Shown here piece after piece: positions 35,808 through 49,689 of a DNA stretch of 64,000 nt (its first letter is position 1; each line of letters opens with the position of its first letter). Origin of the DNA: Camelus dromedarius (Eukaryota); assembly GCF_036321535.1 (NCBI RefSeq), contig NC_087437.1:55430001-55494000 (forward strand), written 5' to 3'. Made by a program: the position numbers and the translations under genes. Below the pieces are notes generated by a model. That model was not told the DNA's origin. It was given only the letters and a program-made list of their open reading frames with translations, and made no database searches.

Positions 35808-36560
35808 CTATATCAGGTTGGGTTCATTTTCCACATGATATAAACCATTTCATCATTTTAAACTCAAGGTGTTTTAATATATGGAATTTAATATATGGGA
35901 AGTGATTCCCATTATGACACTGCAAAATTGGCCCACCCAAGGATTGGTTATCTCTCTTGCCATATATTCTTGTCACACACAAGAAGCTAGGCAATCAGGA
36001 AGTTGCTATCAGAACAGCAGGTACCAGGATCACACCACCTTAGCTACCACTCAGTGATCAGGAGCTTTTACTGGAACTGTTCCAGAGCCATGTTGCGTCT
36101 GCTAGATCTGTACCAGCAAAATGAATGTGACACATTCTGCCCTCTTCCTCCTTACTTATTCTGAAGCAGGACAAGAGAAGGACATTCCATTTCTTCCCTT
36201 TAATAGTAATTGTAAGAATTTATTGAGTGCCTATAGGTCCCAGGCAGTGTGCAAAGGTCTTCGCATTCATTATATCAATGAATCCTCAAATAAATCTCTC
36301 AATATAATATCAAAGTCACAACCTCTATTTTGAAACGAGGAATGTGAAGGACAAAGAGGCTATGAAACTTGGCCAAGACTTTGTACTGATTGGTGGGAGA
36401 CCTGGATTAACTCAGAACTTAATCATATCCAGAATCTAGCTACAAAGGGATCTGAAAATTGTAATGTTTAGCTTTATAACTTCCACAGTAAAAAAAAAAA
36501 AAAATGCCTACTAGAATAAGGTCAAGAGAGGTGTTGAGCTGGCCATTTTACTGAATCCAC
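35808..36560 (-). mobile_element. Ancient LTR (MLT1M/N or LTR79-like) with a MIR-like segment at ~36200-36420
   Basis: Starts tatatcaggttgggttca...aaacca...tttaatatatggaatt; ends ...ctagctacaaagggatctgaaaattgtaa...gaatccaca. Confidence 0.45.
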
Positions 36561-37487
36561 AGCCTAACTTACATTTAAAATAGTGACTGTTAAACTGCTT
36601 CCCCCCCTTGATTGTATACTCAAGGTATCCAAATTTCTCCTCTACTAGAGACTTTTACCTATATTAGGTGATCAGAAAATGTCTTTTATGATGCTGATGC
36701 CATAGACATTTTGGTTTTAACCCAGGTCAGCAGCACATGTCTAAGCTTCCATGAAACCACAGTCTTTTTGTGGTCTGATTTTACAGAGCAGCAGACCAAC
36801 TTAGGTCTTCTCCCTGACCTCAGGAAGAAATAGTATTTTGATTTTACCAAAGGTCTTTTTATTCCCCAGACTTCTCTGTGGTTATATCAAAAACACATAG
36901 CAACACTCAGTAAGTGTCATAATTACAGAAAGTGAGGAATGGCATTTTCCTGGGGTAAAAAAATATATATATCATAAATAAAACTAGCTGAGTGATGCCC
37001 AGAGAGCCAGTCAGGAGTTTGTTGGTTTTAGAACAGAGCTAGGTTAGCAGAAGTGTAAGCCGTGCCTAGAATAAGTAGAACATGATGACCTAGCAGATAT
37101 TCTGGCCAGAAGAAGTATGTGAGGAAGAAGAGATGAGCTGAGGCTCTCCTGTACTGCCTTCAGCTTCAGGGAGTGTGAGCTGCAAGCGGTAGAGATCAGC
37201 CATCAGATTCTAGTGACTTTTCAGATGATGGTTCCAACAGTAGAGGTAGGAAATATAGGAAGTAAACATGACTTCCACAGGAAATACAATGCATTTGAAT
37301 TTGGATAATTTCAGTATGAAGGGCTGTGGGACCTCAAATGAAAATATTTCTGTCTAATCAACAAGCACATGTGAAGGCACGTTGCTCAGGAGATAAGATC
37401 TTTGGCCAGAGATAAAGGTCAGGGAGTGATCCAAGAATGAGTGGTAGTTGAAAGCTCAAGTGCACATGAAATTGCTTAGAGTGAGGA

Positions 37488-37676
37488 TATAGAACTTTCT
37501 GCAATAATGGAAAATTCCATAATTCCGTGCTGTACCACACGGTAGCCGTTAGTCATGAAATATGGCAGATAAGACTTAGGAACTGAAATTTTATTTGATT
37601 TTAATTAAATTTTATTACTTTAATTTAATCTCATATAGCCACATGTGTCTTGTGGCTCTCCTGTTAAACAGCACAG
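37488..37676. mobile_element. MER3 hAT-Charlie DNA transposon
   Basis: atagaactttctgcaataatggaaa...gaactgaaattttatttgattttaatt...tagccacatgtg..tgtggct...acagcacag; flanked by antisense L2 sequence (~37000-37480). Confidence 0.8.
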
Positions 37677-37859
37677 GTATAGAGTGAAGAAAAAGATGCT
37701 GAAAATGGAATACTTAATGATACAACATTGAATATTTGAGATTATATTGATGCCAACAAATATAAAAAAGAACACTTGCTTTTTTCAGTTTTTTTATTCC
37801 TACCATATTTTACCAAATGGGAAAGAAAATCAAATGATACAGACGAGTTGTGTTGGAAA

Positions 37860-38330
37860 CCAGCAGCTTCCCTATTCATCTCTTCCCTTTTCCAGCTGAG
37901 TGGTAACTGATTTTAAGAATTTTCCTTCTGATTCTGCTGATAGTTACCTTCATAACTGAAAAATATGTTTCTATGTCTCTTTATTGATTTATCAGTATCA
38001 GATATTATCTACTGACTTCCCTTCTATGAGAGAACCAGACCCACTTCACATACACTATACTTCACACTTCTCTTTGCTCCTTAAATGTTTATTTTCACTT
38101 TTCTGTGGATAACATTTGTTACTTCTATTCCCCTATCAACTTTAGTTTCTATCTCATCTCCCCTCTATGAGCGTAAAGACGTTAGCAAGACAACTCTAGC
38201 TTTCTCGAGCAACTCTTATTTTTTTTCTTACCTTTTTTCAAATGAGCAATTACTTCTAGATTACCCAGGTTATAAACATTTGCATTCTGTTCTGGAATCA
38301 TTAAGCGTGTCACACTTGTCTGCACTTAGC
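37860..38330 (-). mobile_element. HAL1-like LINE 3' fragment
   Basis: ctgattctgctgatagttacct...tattatctactgacttcccttctatg resembles antisense HAL1. Confidence 0.5.
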
Positions 38331-39444
38331 AATTCTGAGGAAAGAAGTGATGGGGCTTGCAGAAAGAGGAATATGAGACAAACTATCTGCTACTTTCCTT
38401 TCATTCTCCGTCTTACTTTGCTGGTGCAAAAATAACAACTCATTGTCTATATGTCTCCAAATTTATCACATACTATTTTGTGATTTTTCTTACAGGCCTA
38501 TAAATTATTAATATCCTTCTTTTGCAGGTAAAGAAATCAAAATCATAATAGATACAATGACTTGACCAAGGTCATGCACCTGGAAAGTAGGGAAGTTGAC
38601 AGTCAAGGTAGGTTTTCTGATGACAAATCACCTCACCGATCTGTTCATAGTAAAATTTCCTAACTACTCAAGTTTGCAAAAAAGTAATGGGTTGGTTTTC
38701 TTGTTTCAGGTTTAAAAACCTATGGTTCATGTTGGAAAAGAGAAATTTGAAGTTTATGTACTGTGACCACATTTTCTTTCAAGGAACTGGAGAAATGCCT
38801 CTGGGCATCTGGGTACTTCATGAACCCAAGTTGGCAAATGCTTACCTATCAGTAAAGAATCACCCAAATTAAACTAACATTTACCATGCACTCATATGCT
38901 AGTTTCTGGGTTAAGATATTTCATACTCATTATTTATTTACCACTCACAGCAATTTTTAAGTAGAGAACATATTAGACATGGAATTGAGTAATTTGAATT
39001 TCAATAACTCATCCCTGTCCTTGAGCCCGCTCCTTCTGTAAAACAGGCTAAAATAACCCATCCCCCAGACATATTTTGCAAACGTGCATGTTTGGAAGGT
39101 GAATTGAATTTGGTGAAATGAAATGAGGTGAAGTGTTTTGGTTGCTTGGGAGATAAGGCAGTATACAAACATAACACTGATGAGTAATAGTAAAGTATTA
39201 TAAGGCTTTTCTCCTGTTACTGGTAATGAAACTGACCCAGATGAATCTGGCGTCAGGAATTGTTCCTGTGTGTGATGCAAATGACTCTGAACACCTTTCT
39301 TCTAAATTGCTAAATTCCAATGAAGATTGTGCTAGCGTGACTCTACAGTAATAATGGATTCCTGATCCACGCAACACACCTAGGACATTTCCTATTATTT
39401 CCAGTAATCCTGTGATTAATGAAAACTCATTAAAGAGGTATTTC

Positions 39445-40448
39445 AGGCAGGAGACAGATCCAGATTCCATGCAGCTTGTATGATGGAGGGGGTTCCCTTT
39501 CAGAAAAAAGAATATAAATTTATAAATACAAAATTAGGAACAAAAGTGAACATTTTTGAATAATAAAATACATCTCAATCAATTAAAAATACAGATACGA
39601 CAAACCTGAAATTTACTACAAAAATTAAAAATTCAGAAAGTAACATAATGCCTTTATTAATTAATAATACTTTATTTATACCCATTGTTGACTGCATATT
39701 GGTTGACAACTTCTATGACAATACATTTTAAAAAGTTTTTCTACAAGAATAGATAATTCAATTTTTCTTCTGTTTATTGAAATGTATTTTAATAAAGTTA
39801 TTATTGACAGTTGAGAAAAGTTTTATTCAGCCCTACAAGTCATTATTGATAACGGAAAATACCAAGTTTCTCCCACACATGTAACGTGAAATTTGGAAGC
39901 GTTTTCACAGACTACCTCCTGGCTCTGTGTAGTTTAATCATTGTTCTCCACTATCTTCATCTTTCCTGTGCCAGATGCTTTAGGGGTTATTAGCATCTTC
40001 ACAGGAGCTGAACTTTGGCCTTGTTCTTCCTTTGAATCTTGGTGCTAGTTCGTTACAGAAGTAGAAGCCAGTCCTATATCAAGATAAAGAATAACTTAAC
40101 TCTTCAAGAAAGTGACTAGGGACCATTTAATTGTATCCTACTGTCCCCAACTAAATGCTAACTTACCTCAACTTCCCTTTAACCATATCTCACAAATGCC
40201 CACGGTCATTCTGACATCCAATTTGAGGGGAAGAGTGATAAAAGGGGAGACAGAATGGAGAGGGACAGCATTTTTAACCAATTTCAGTTAAATAAAATTT
40301 ACTTTTGAAAAGTAAGGGAAGAAAAGAAAAGGAAAATGGCCATGGGAATATATTGCTAGGGTCCCTCTTACTGCCTCAGAAAGGACACATTAAATGAGGT
40401 ATTTTGAAATTTAATTTTTATTAGCTTTATATAAAATCCAGTGGCCCA
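39445..40448. mobile_element. ~1 kb hAT DNA transposon with MER53-like ends
   Basis: Left end cagatccagatt...agcttgtatga..ggggttccctttcagaaaaaagaatataaa...aaatacaaaattagg; right end ...attagcttt....aaatcc....cag. Confidence 0.6.
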
Positions 40449-42031
40449 GGATTGTGAAAGAAATAACAGGTCTGGAGTACGAAATCTTGATTATAGTCCT
40501 GGCTTTCCCACTGATTCACCATATGGGCCTTGGACAGGCTATTCACTGCTGAACCCTCAGCTATTTCCATAAAAAATGAAACTTGACTAGATAACACTCG
40601 AAGTTCTCTTCACTGTCTGACATTGAGTTGTATCAGCGGAACTGGCTGCAGTAGCAAAATTCACAGAAATGGGGACCTTTCTGCCTTCACAGTATCAGGG
40701 CACTAAATTCAGGAGACAGAAGCAACCCTAACTATTTTCACTCCATCTTGGAAGCAGTTGCCTTGTTTTTCAAGAGTGTAGTCATCTCTTTTCAAGGAAA
40801 AAGGTGTAGTCTTTCCAAGGATTCTAGTCCCCTTTGCATCCCAGTGACCTCCTTGTGAGTCACTACTTGACTGATGAGGGGCTGTTTCCATGGTGACCAC
40901 TTCTGCTCTTCCCAGCAGCTGGAGGGCTTAACCCAGCCCTGACACAGCTTCCTCAGTTGGGCTGGGCATCCACTTAACCAAAGCATTCAGGGCAGGACTT
41001 GACAGCTCTGCACTTTGGGACTTGGAAGGGATTCCAGAAGGGAGAAGGGTGGGGGCATGGTGAAACCACTCATCTGTGGTCTCATTTTTTCCGTGGGTTA
41101 AGGTCTCAAGAGGTTATGTCCTAGCTAGAAAGGAACGTTAATGGCCAAGGAGTCTTGAGGGGCCCTCAAATGCTGAAGGAATCATTTCTTGGTGGGTGCG
41201 GTTATCCAGCGAGACTTCCCCATACCATTTGCTTCTGACCTTTGTAGAGCAATCTTCCATCTTCTCTGGTCCATAGGACACATCTCAGGCTCAGTAAAGT
41301 CCGCCTCTTTCACACCAGTCAATTCTTTGACAGTTCCCAGGTCTGTCCTCTTTTAGCTGCATCTTCCCCAGGTCCGTCTATAAAAGATCAAGAGCCATTT
41401 GCCTGAGTGGAGAACCATGCCTACAAGTTAACAGACGGTCACAGCTGTGTTAGAGGACTCAGGCTCGAGCACATTCTAAAATAGAACTCGGCCACAGAGG
41501 GCATGGAAACACGCTGTGCTCAACACTGCCAGGGAATGCAGCCCTGAAGCTTGAGTTTTTCACGCCTCAAACTCATTAAACCCCCAGCCTGCATTTCACA
41601 CATCATGTCCCTCCGGTATTTCTGGCTTCCTTCCTTCAAACATCACACCCTTTTCTCCTTCAGGTGGCTTTTACTGGTCTTTTGTTATTGATACTACTAT
41701 TCATCTGGAATTTTCTGAATGCCGAGGCAGAATGTCCTAGGAAACAGAACATCCCTGTGGAAGGAAGAATTGATCTAATTATTAGAATTATTGGATTAGA
41801 GGCATGCAGAGCTGGAGGAGAGCCTAGAGGTCATTTATTTCTACCACCATCACCCTACACTTTGGGCAAAAAGAGGACCAAAGTTTACACAGTGAGTTTG
41901 GGTCATTACCAACAAAGTGGAAACTGACTCCTTGCCCTGTATGTATTTCTATTAGACCATTTGAAAATTGTTATTCTTAACACCAAATAATTTTGTGAAG
42001 GTACTTTTAAGTTTTATTAGAAGTAGGTACC

Positions 42032-42145
42032 CAAATATGCCACACTGATGAAGGATGTTGAGGGTAAGGAAGTATATATGTATGGATGGGGAGGGTTATG
42101 TGTGAACTCTGTATTTTCTGCTCAATAAAAATAAATAAAAAAAAA
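42032..42145 (+). mobile_element. Short L1MC-like 3' end retrocopy with A-tail and perfect 13-bp TSD
   Basis: caaatatgccacactgatgaaggatgtt...gaactctgtattttctgctcaataaaa-A tail; TSD AGAAGTAGGTACC at 42019-42031 and 42146-42158. Confidence 0.8.
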
Positions 42146-42944
42146 AGAAGTAGGTACCATCTACCACAATCATCTAGTCAATTGCCTTGTTTGCTTTAGT
42201 TTTAGAATAAAGCCTAAATGTGTCAAAGAAATTATCCCCTGACATCCACAAACATCCTGGATATTTGTTTTCATTATCCAAATCTCCATATACAAACATC
42301 ATAGTTCATAGCTAGGAGCACTGATGGATTCACATGTTCATTCAAGAGGCCTTCAAACTACAGACTGTGTGCAGGTGCTGTCTCTGGTCCTGTGGAGTAC
42401 TGACAGAGGAAATATGATGTAGCTGAGATGGAGTTCCCAGCACAGGAGGTGAGCCAGGTACGACCCCCACCCCCCCAATCCTTGCACGCTGTGACTATAG
42501 AATAAAGCAGATTGGGATATCTATTTTTTAAAGGTATAAGCTTGCGAGGAGAAAGGAGAGAAGGATTAATTTAAACTAGATGCCCCTGGAAGGCTTTTAG
42601 GGAAGGTTGTATATGAACTTCTCTTAAAGGACGGGTAGGAGTTTTACATGCATACAATGGTAGGGCAGCGATAATCTAAGAGCGGGAAATAATGTGGACA
42701 CAGCATGGAGGGAGGAAGAATGTTGAGAGTTTCGGTCTCAGTTTGTGGCCAAATGATGCTACATCTCATGGCTAAGTGGGAAGGAGGAGGAAGCACAAAG
42801 CTCTATTCAGATGGAGGAAATTCTCAGATTTATACCTAACTTTCTGTGAATTCTTCTATCCCGAAGAAACACCACGTAGGTAGAATTTTCAGATTTTGAG
42901 ACTCCCTCATTTTAGCTATTTCCTTATAAAGAAGTCTCAAGATC

Positions 42945-43130
42945 TTCCTGCTTGCCTAGGTTCAAATCCTGGCTTTATACTCGCTAACCCAGAGATCTTA
43001 GGCAACTGACCCAATCTTCTTAGAGCCTCTGTTTTCTTATCCATATACCTTATCCAGGGTGCATGTGAGAATTAAAATAACATAAAGCCTGAAAATTGCT
43101 CAGAATAGTACTTGGGACATGTTAATATTT
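42945..43130 (+). mobile_element. MIR SINE
   Basis: cctaggttcaaatcctggct...tcttaggcaa...agcctctgttttcttatc. Confidence 0.75.
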
Positions 43131-43248
43131 AAGTTCTTCCCTGTAAGCTGAGTCTCCCAAAGTATGAAGTATGGTGACCAGACTAGCTGGATCGTTTCTT
43201 GAGGCTTGGGTTTAATTGTTAACAAACAAGAGTCAGTATAGTTATGTG

Positions 43249-43361
43249 TAGGGTAACCAACTGTCCTGGTTTGTCCAGGACTGGGGAGTTTCCTGGAACA
43301 TGGAACTCGGATTACTAAAACTGGGACCATCCCAGGCAAATCAGGATGCATGGTCACCCTA
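43249..43361. mobile_element. MER81-like hAT-Blackjack MITE (113 bp)
   Basis: Terminal inverted repeats TAGGGTAACCA...TGGTCACCCTA with internal ctgtcctggtttgtccaggact / cccaggcaaatcaggatg symmetry. Confidence 0.85.
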
Positions 43362-43580
43362 CTGTTGTGGTTGAGATTGGAGGCTGTAGAGCCAGACCAT
43401 TTAGGTTCAAGTCTTAGCTTTGCCATTATCACATGCATAGCCTTGGGCACGGTACCCAATACTCTGTGCCTCAGTTTCTTCATCTGTAAAATAAAGGCTG
43501 AAATAGTAATGCTTGTTGTTATGAAGTTTAAGTTGTTATGAAGATTAAGTAAGTTAATATACATTATGTTAGCTCTTAGT
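43362..43580 (+). mobile_element. MIR SINE
   Basis: agagccagacc.tttaggttcaagtc...ccttgggca...ctctgtgcctcagtttcttcatctgtaaaat. Confidence 0.85.
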
Positions 43581-44929
43581 TGTACTAGAAGATACCAAAC
43601 TTTCTTCGTATTTACCTGCCTAACTCTAAATTCCTTAGATGATATTTTTTTAAAAAATCACTTGTTGAGAGGAATCAAATTAATTTCTACTTGTATATTT
43701 ACACACTATCTGTCTTCTCAGTGGATTTGAGGTGAAATGAGTTTGTTCTCTTAGTGTTCCTGGCACCCTGGGCATGCCCTGTCCTCATTGACTGCACCGA
43801 GTTACTTGGCCTTTTGCACCATTGTGTGCAAATGGAAAACTGTGAGAGTATTTGTGGAGAGAATGTGGTTTATGACTCAGGTCTCTTTTACTCACTCTGA
43901 AGAGGGCGGTGTAATGGAGTGAGAAGTGCTCAGGGCTAGGAGTCAGGACACTGGGTTTGTCACAGGTTTGACCTTGGCCACAGCCTTCCCTCTCTGGATC
44001 TCAGTTTCCTAATCCTTTAAATAAGGGGTATAGGGGCATGATCCCCAAGGTTCTTTGGTTTCGAGTAAAGACATTGCATGGTTGCATTTTATTTTTTCCC
44101 CTTCTTTTCTCCAGCACAGGAAACAGAGAAGCAGACAACAGCAGTCTCCTGGCATCTCCCAAAATGTCTCTTGTCCCCAGGAGAGGAATTCTGAAGCCTC
44201 ACACAAAAGCTAGAGTAGGCTCTGGCCCCTCTAATTATGGCCCCTTTAAGGCCCTGGATCCTTCCTGTCTGCAGAATGTGCTATTTAACTTTGTCCATGG
44301 CGGTGCCTTGGCCAAGGACGCAAGCCATCGCCCTCACTTCTGTTGATGTTTATATTGAGAAAGCAGATAATCCTCACTGCAGTGACAAGTTGATTGAAGC
44401 AAGTAAAAACCAAATAGGGTTTAGAATTCTAATTGCTGACAGATTCATAATGGTGTGTGAGCCTGGTGTCTGCCTGGCTGCCCTGCTGTTCAGAACAAAG
44501 TGTGAAGTTAAAGAGTGTATTGTTTCTCATATGAGTTTCTCAACCCTAGAACAGTTTCTTTTCTGAATGGAGGTGGGGGAGAGAAGTGTGGCTTTCTAAA
44601 AACGATGAAGAAAAACATCCAGTGGACTTAAGAGGAAAAGGACAACTAGGTGGGGTTTTCTAGTGAAAAGATAATGTGGAGATGGGTGTAGTGGGGAGGA
44701 CACCTGGGTTCCCATTGGATGGTGACACTATATCACTTGAGGCAAGTCATTTAACTTCTCTGACCTGTCTGTTAAACAGGTGTGTTAGATTGAAATTGTT
44801 TACAATTTTATTGTCTTATAGGAGCTTTCTGTTAAATATTTCTAGGAAGAATAATAAACAATCAAACAAAATCAGAATAGTTTTGATGTAATATTCCTAC
44901 ACCCCTGGCACAAGCTGAAAATATACTGT

Positions 44930-45210
44930 CCTTTGATACCTATATGAGTATGTGACATTATACAAAGTAGATTGCAAGGATTCACAATACATTTATAATA
45001 TTGGCTGTCCTTGTGTTGATAGGGAGGGAAGTAAGATTAGGGGTTGGGGAAAAAGTATTTCAACTGTATCTACATAGTTTGATTTCTTATATAAAATATT
45101 TGAAAGAAATATGAAAAATATAAATTATCAATTATAGGTAGTGGGAAATACAGAGGTTATTATAGTTGAGTACTTTCTGTACTTCTCTTATTTTTCTCAA
45201 TTAAAAAAAG
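44930..45210 (+). mobile_element. Ancient L1ME-type 3' end
   Basis: ggattcacaatac...agggagggaagtaagattagggg...aggtagtgggaaatacagaggttatt...tactttctgtac. Confidence 0.55.
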
Positions 45211-46149
45211 TTGACTAAGTATTTGTTGCTTCTTTGAATTCCAGTACTTTGTAATTTTGTGATATTTCCTCTTTGAACCTCAGCTTTCTCATTCATAAGA
45301 TAAGAAAGTAGGTCTAGGTGATCTCTAAGATCCTTTGAATCCTTAACTTCTATTTCTGGTAAGAAAATAAAAACAAGATGGGTGATTAACACGGCAGGAA
45401 AACCAATTTTAAGCACATATGCTGGAAGATTGTGTTGGGGTCTTCTTGAAAAGAAAGATGATGATTTTGTCTTTCTTTCAATTTCCAGTAATTCTATATA
45501 GATATGTAGTTCCCAAATGCAAATTTAAACATCTAACATTTAAGAATTGCCTCCAGTGTTTTTCTGCCTTTGCAGAAATCACCACTATGATTAAGGGGAG
45601 AGTGGTGATTATTTGAGAGGAAGAATGAGCTCTTGGAATGAAGTGTGGTTTGGGAATTTTAGAAGGTCCAGGATTTTAGTCCTATCTTGGGTACTCTCTA
45701 CTTGGGTGACACTGAGCAATTCATTTTAACCTCTCGGGCCCCTGGTTTCCTCTTTTGTAAAGGGAATGAGTTGGACTAGGTAATCTTTAAAGTCTCTTAT
45801 ATAAGAAAAAAAAAAAAGAAGAAGAAACAAACATTTTACTTGATAATAAACAACTCCAAGAGAAAGGTGGAAGACAACAGATCAGGAACGCCATAGGTAG
45901 AGCTCCCAGTAATTATAGTGGTTAGACCAGCTGTCACCAGTCTTCAGGTCATCCAGAAGCCAAGAATTCCATGGTTTTATTTCAGGGTGGAGTCATTCTT
46001 TCAGTTCCTTCTCTCTGGACTTTTTAATGTCATCTTCTCTTTAGTACGTCCACCATGTGCTGCTTTGCTCTTGTGCTATCCTGGGCTCCCGTACCCTTGT
46101 ATCCTGAATGTTATTCTTCTTGATGCTCTGATTATTCTCCATGAAAAAC

Positions 46150-46175
46150 ATATATATATATATATATATATATAT
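46150..46175 (+). repeat. (AT)n microsatellite (~13 units)
   Basis: Direct reading. Confidence 0.9.
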
Positions 46176-47729
46176 TTGAGATTTCTCAACCCCGGAAAAA
46201 ATATTTTTTTGTAGCTCATGGTCTTTGTCTGGTTTCTTAACCACTTTCTTTTTCAGGACTATCCCTCAAATGTGCACTCTGAGTAACTTCTCAAAACTTC
46301 GGTGCTGAAAATCCTTTGGAATGGATAACTTCTTCCTTATAATAAATAATCCCTTTACTCACTCATCAGTTGTTAATATTGGGTGGAGTTAAAAATGGTT
46401 TAACTCCACTTAAAACAAAATATAGAATGCTTCTTCTCAGAAATAAACTTTAGTTCGGCCCTCTAATTGCTATACTGTTTTGTCTCTTCAAATCCTAATC
46501 TCACATCAATCTGACTTTTTTGGAATCATCTCCTGAATGTATACAAGTCTTTCTCCAGTGAGATGGTGAAAAGCTTCAAGCTTATTATGAGCTAATAAAT
46601 AGACAGTTTCTAGATTAAAGCAAATGCAGAGACAATGATTAAAGAGCTTCTGCACTATTAAAGTGAATAATAAGCACTCAGAGATTGTCCATGGATAAAG
46701 GGTCCCCCTGGGCATATTTTAAAGTCCACTCAGTGGCCAGGGGTTGGAGAGTTCTACAAAAAGAACATAAATCACTTGCTCTTCAGATTTTTTTTTTCTA
46801 AGGCAACAGAGACTGAAGCCATGACTCAAGCTTGCCAGGATTTTAAACCTGTGGTTCCATGAAGTCTAAGAATTCTGAAGCTGAGACCACTGAGTTATGT
46901 TTCCAGTATCAAAAGCCAACTCAACCTTGGCATCCTGGCATCCTGAGAACACTAAAATGGAATGGTCCTCTGCCCTTCTCTAGCCGGTTTTTGTTTTTGT
47001 TTTGTTTTTTGCCGATCAAGACTTCCATTCTATATTACAGGTGATGGTGTAAATTCAGGAAAAATTCCCTGTTGGCCACTCCAAATCCAACAAACACAAC
47101 TTAGCCATTATTAACACTGAATCCTTTGTTAGTTTTTAACACCTGCCTTTTCAGAGCTGTTGATTTTTCTTTAATGAAAAGTCTCACCCTGATCAGCTTA
47201 AAGTGTAACTGACAGAGATAAAACAGAGCCTGGATTATTGTCTCTGTCGACAGACCATACAGAGGACAAAACCTGATGACAGTGACATGTTGGGGGAGAA
47301 GTTCTACTGATATTGTATTTTCTGATCCACTGACAATCAACATGTGTTTATGGAAATCACTGTGTCACTGGATTTCCAAACCTTGGGAAAGAAGACTGAG
47401 AGAGTGAGGGGAGAGAAAGGAAGATTTGGAATTGTCCCTGCAAGAGATCATAAGTCAACTCTAGGGTTGATGTCTTATAACTATTTCTTGCCTTAGGAAC
47501 AGTACGAGTCAAATGGCTACCCTGAACTACTGTTTTTCTACTGACATCTATGAGAAACACAGTCTCTTAACATTAGAGCAGAGAAAGAGGATTCAGGATT
47601 ATGTAGCTCATTCTTCTTATTTAAAGACAAGGAAACTGGAGACTGAAAGCCCACAATCACACAGTCACTGAGAATCAGAGTTGGAAATTGTATTTGACTT
47701 TTTTTTCCCTCCCAGGCCCATGTTTCACC

Positions 47730-47975
47730 TGAACTTTGGAGGCAGGTTGCAGTGGATTTAAATTCCAGCTCCTCTCCTTAAGAATTATACCCTCTTGGGC
47801 ATGCTACTCAATCTCTGTGCCTCAGTTTTCTCATCTGTCAGCTACAAATAATAATAATATCTAGTTTGGAGGGTTATTGTAAGGATTCAATTATATAATT
47901 CAAGTAAAGTGCTTAATGCAACTCCAGACGTATGTTAACACAATAAGTACTAGCTATTATTATCATTATTGTTAC
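47730..47975 (+). mobile_element. MIR SINE (near full length)
   Basis: ctttggaggcag...cttgggcatg.tactcaatctctgtgcctcagttttctcatctgt...taaagtgctta...caataagtactagctattatt. Confidence 0.85.
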
Positions 47976-48099
47976 TGTTACAACCATGCAGCTGAGGGCA
48001 TCATGAGTCAAATGTGTAATCCTTGGACAGGGAGGTATTGCTTTATGGTAAAAAGCAAGTGGCAAATCTGATCCCATCACCTACTGTCATTGAGAAATT

Positions 48100-48625
48100 T
48101 TGAGCCTCTGCATCGCCTTCAGATTGTGCCTGACTTCCTTATCCTCAGGAGAAGGCTCACAAGACCCTTCCTGGTTGGCGCTGGCTCATGTTCACAGCCA
48201 CTTCCTTGGTCAGCTTTGCTCACTATCCCCCTGCCTACTGCTCCCCTCCCCAAGCTTTGATCAGTCTCACTCTAGTGTTCTCAACAATCCATGACGTCTC
48301 TCATCTGCAAGGCTTCACACTTGTCCCCTCGCCCTGACAAATGCCTCCTCTAAGCTCTTTTCCTGGCTAATTCCACTTACCCTTCCAATTGCTTTCCTCC
48401 ACCTAGGCAGCCTCCCCACCCCGTTGAACAGTCTGTACTTACTTTTTTTGTATCCTCCTTGACACAGGTTTAAATTTCCTATTCCTTTGTCTATCTATCT
48501 GGCTTGACTAGACATAGACCCGTGAGGTCAGGGACGGTATTTTTTTCACTGTTGTATCCCAGCTTTTAGAGGAATGTCTGCCTTGCGGTAGCTGCTCAAT
48601 GACTATTTGTTGAATTGAGCAAATG
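48100..48625 (+). mobile_element. L2 LINE 3' region
   Basis: cctggctaattcc...gaggtcagggac...ttcactgttgtatccc...gctcaatgactatttgttgaat. Confidence 0.7.
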
Positions 48626-49689
48626 ATATACAGGGTTCTTTTCTCCTTACACAAAGAATCTTGCAGCCTGAACATAATGAAAGCTTTTGTTCTACTCCAA
48701 GTTGCTGGTAAACGGGAGCTTACAGGTCAGTATCAAAATCACTGAGGTAGCAGTTTCCCAAGAGGGACCCATCCAAACCCTCGACTTCACATGAACAGGG
48801 TTTAGGAGGGAACATCGCCTTGCCCAGGGAGAGGCCTGGGAGATCAACAATTAGGCCATGGGAAAGCGAGGAGGATGGTGATTAGGTCTCGGTGCTAAGC
48901 AAGGGACTCAAAGATGTATGCTTTGCATTGTCTCTCTGGGTAATCCTCCCCTACATTTTCTCATGATTGCCTGCAATAAGATTTCTTAATCATTTGGGGG
49001 GTTTAGAGTGTGATCCCTTGAATGTATAATTATCTCCATTATTCAAAACAAAGAAGACGCGTGCCAGTCGGAAAAAAATAAAACTAAAAATGTAGCCTCC
49101 AGCAGAAAACCAAGCTCAGCTCTCTCCCCATTCCCAGTCTTCTTTTTTGTTTTCTCCCATTGCCCTCCCTCCCTCACATGAAGGGTCCCGCACTCCTATT
49201 TCTGTGGGCTCTGAAACTGCAGCAGCAAGGTAGCAATAAGAAGGAGCAGCTGCTGGGTACCGGGACCAAAAGATATGCAGCGTTCAGCTCAGACCAGAAG
49301 GTTGGATGGCCACATCTCACAGCAGGACGTGGGCTGGACCGGAATGACTTTGCCGCACACCTTCGTAATTAGTTTCAGTGTTGTTTTTTGTTTGTTTGTT
49401 TGTTTTTCCTTCTCCTCTCCTTATGAAACACGTTCCTCATTTATGCTCCTGAAATCCTGAAATGGTGGCTCTGGTTTCTACAATCTGTTCAGTCACTGGC
49501 TTGCTCTCTGTATTCCCTGTGGCCCCCCATCCTGTCCCCCGGAGTCAGGCCATGTTTATATAATGAGAAAAGACTGTAGATGGGGTTCCGATGATTGACT
49601 TCTAGAGATTTCTCTGCCGGATGCCAGTGGGTTGAACTTGAGATCTTTCTTCTCCTTGGGTTTTAATTTCCTCATCTTTAAAAGAAAGC

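Noticed and set aside
43100..43564. 154-aa minus-strand ORF
   Set aside because: Chance frame across MIR and MER81 repeats, with no protein similarity that I recognise.
43770..43779. Perfect p53/p63 half-site GGGCATGCCC
   Set aside because: No adjacent second half-site; isolated decamers are expected by chance.
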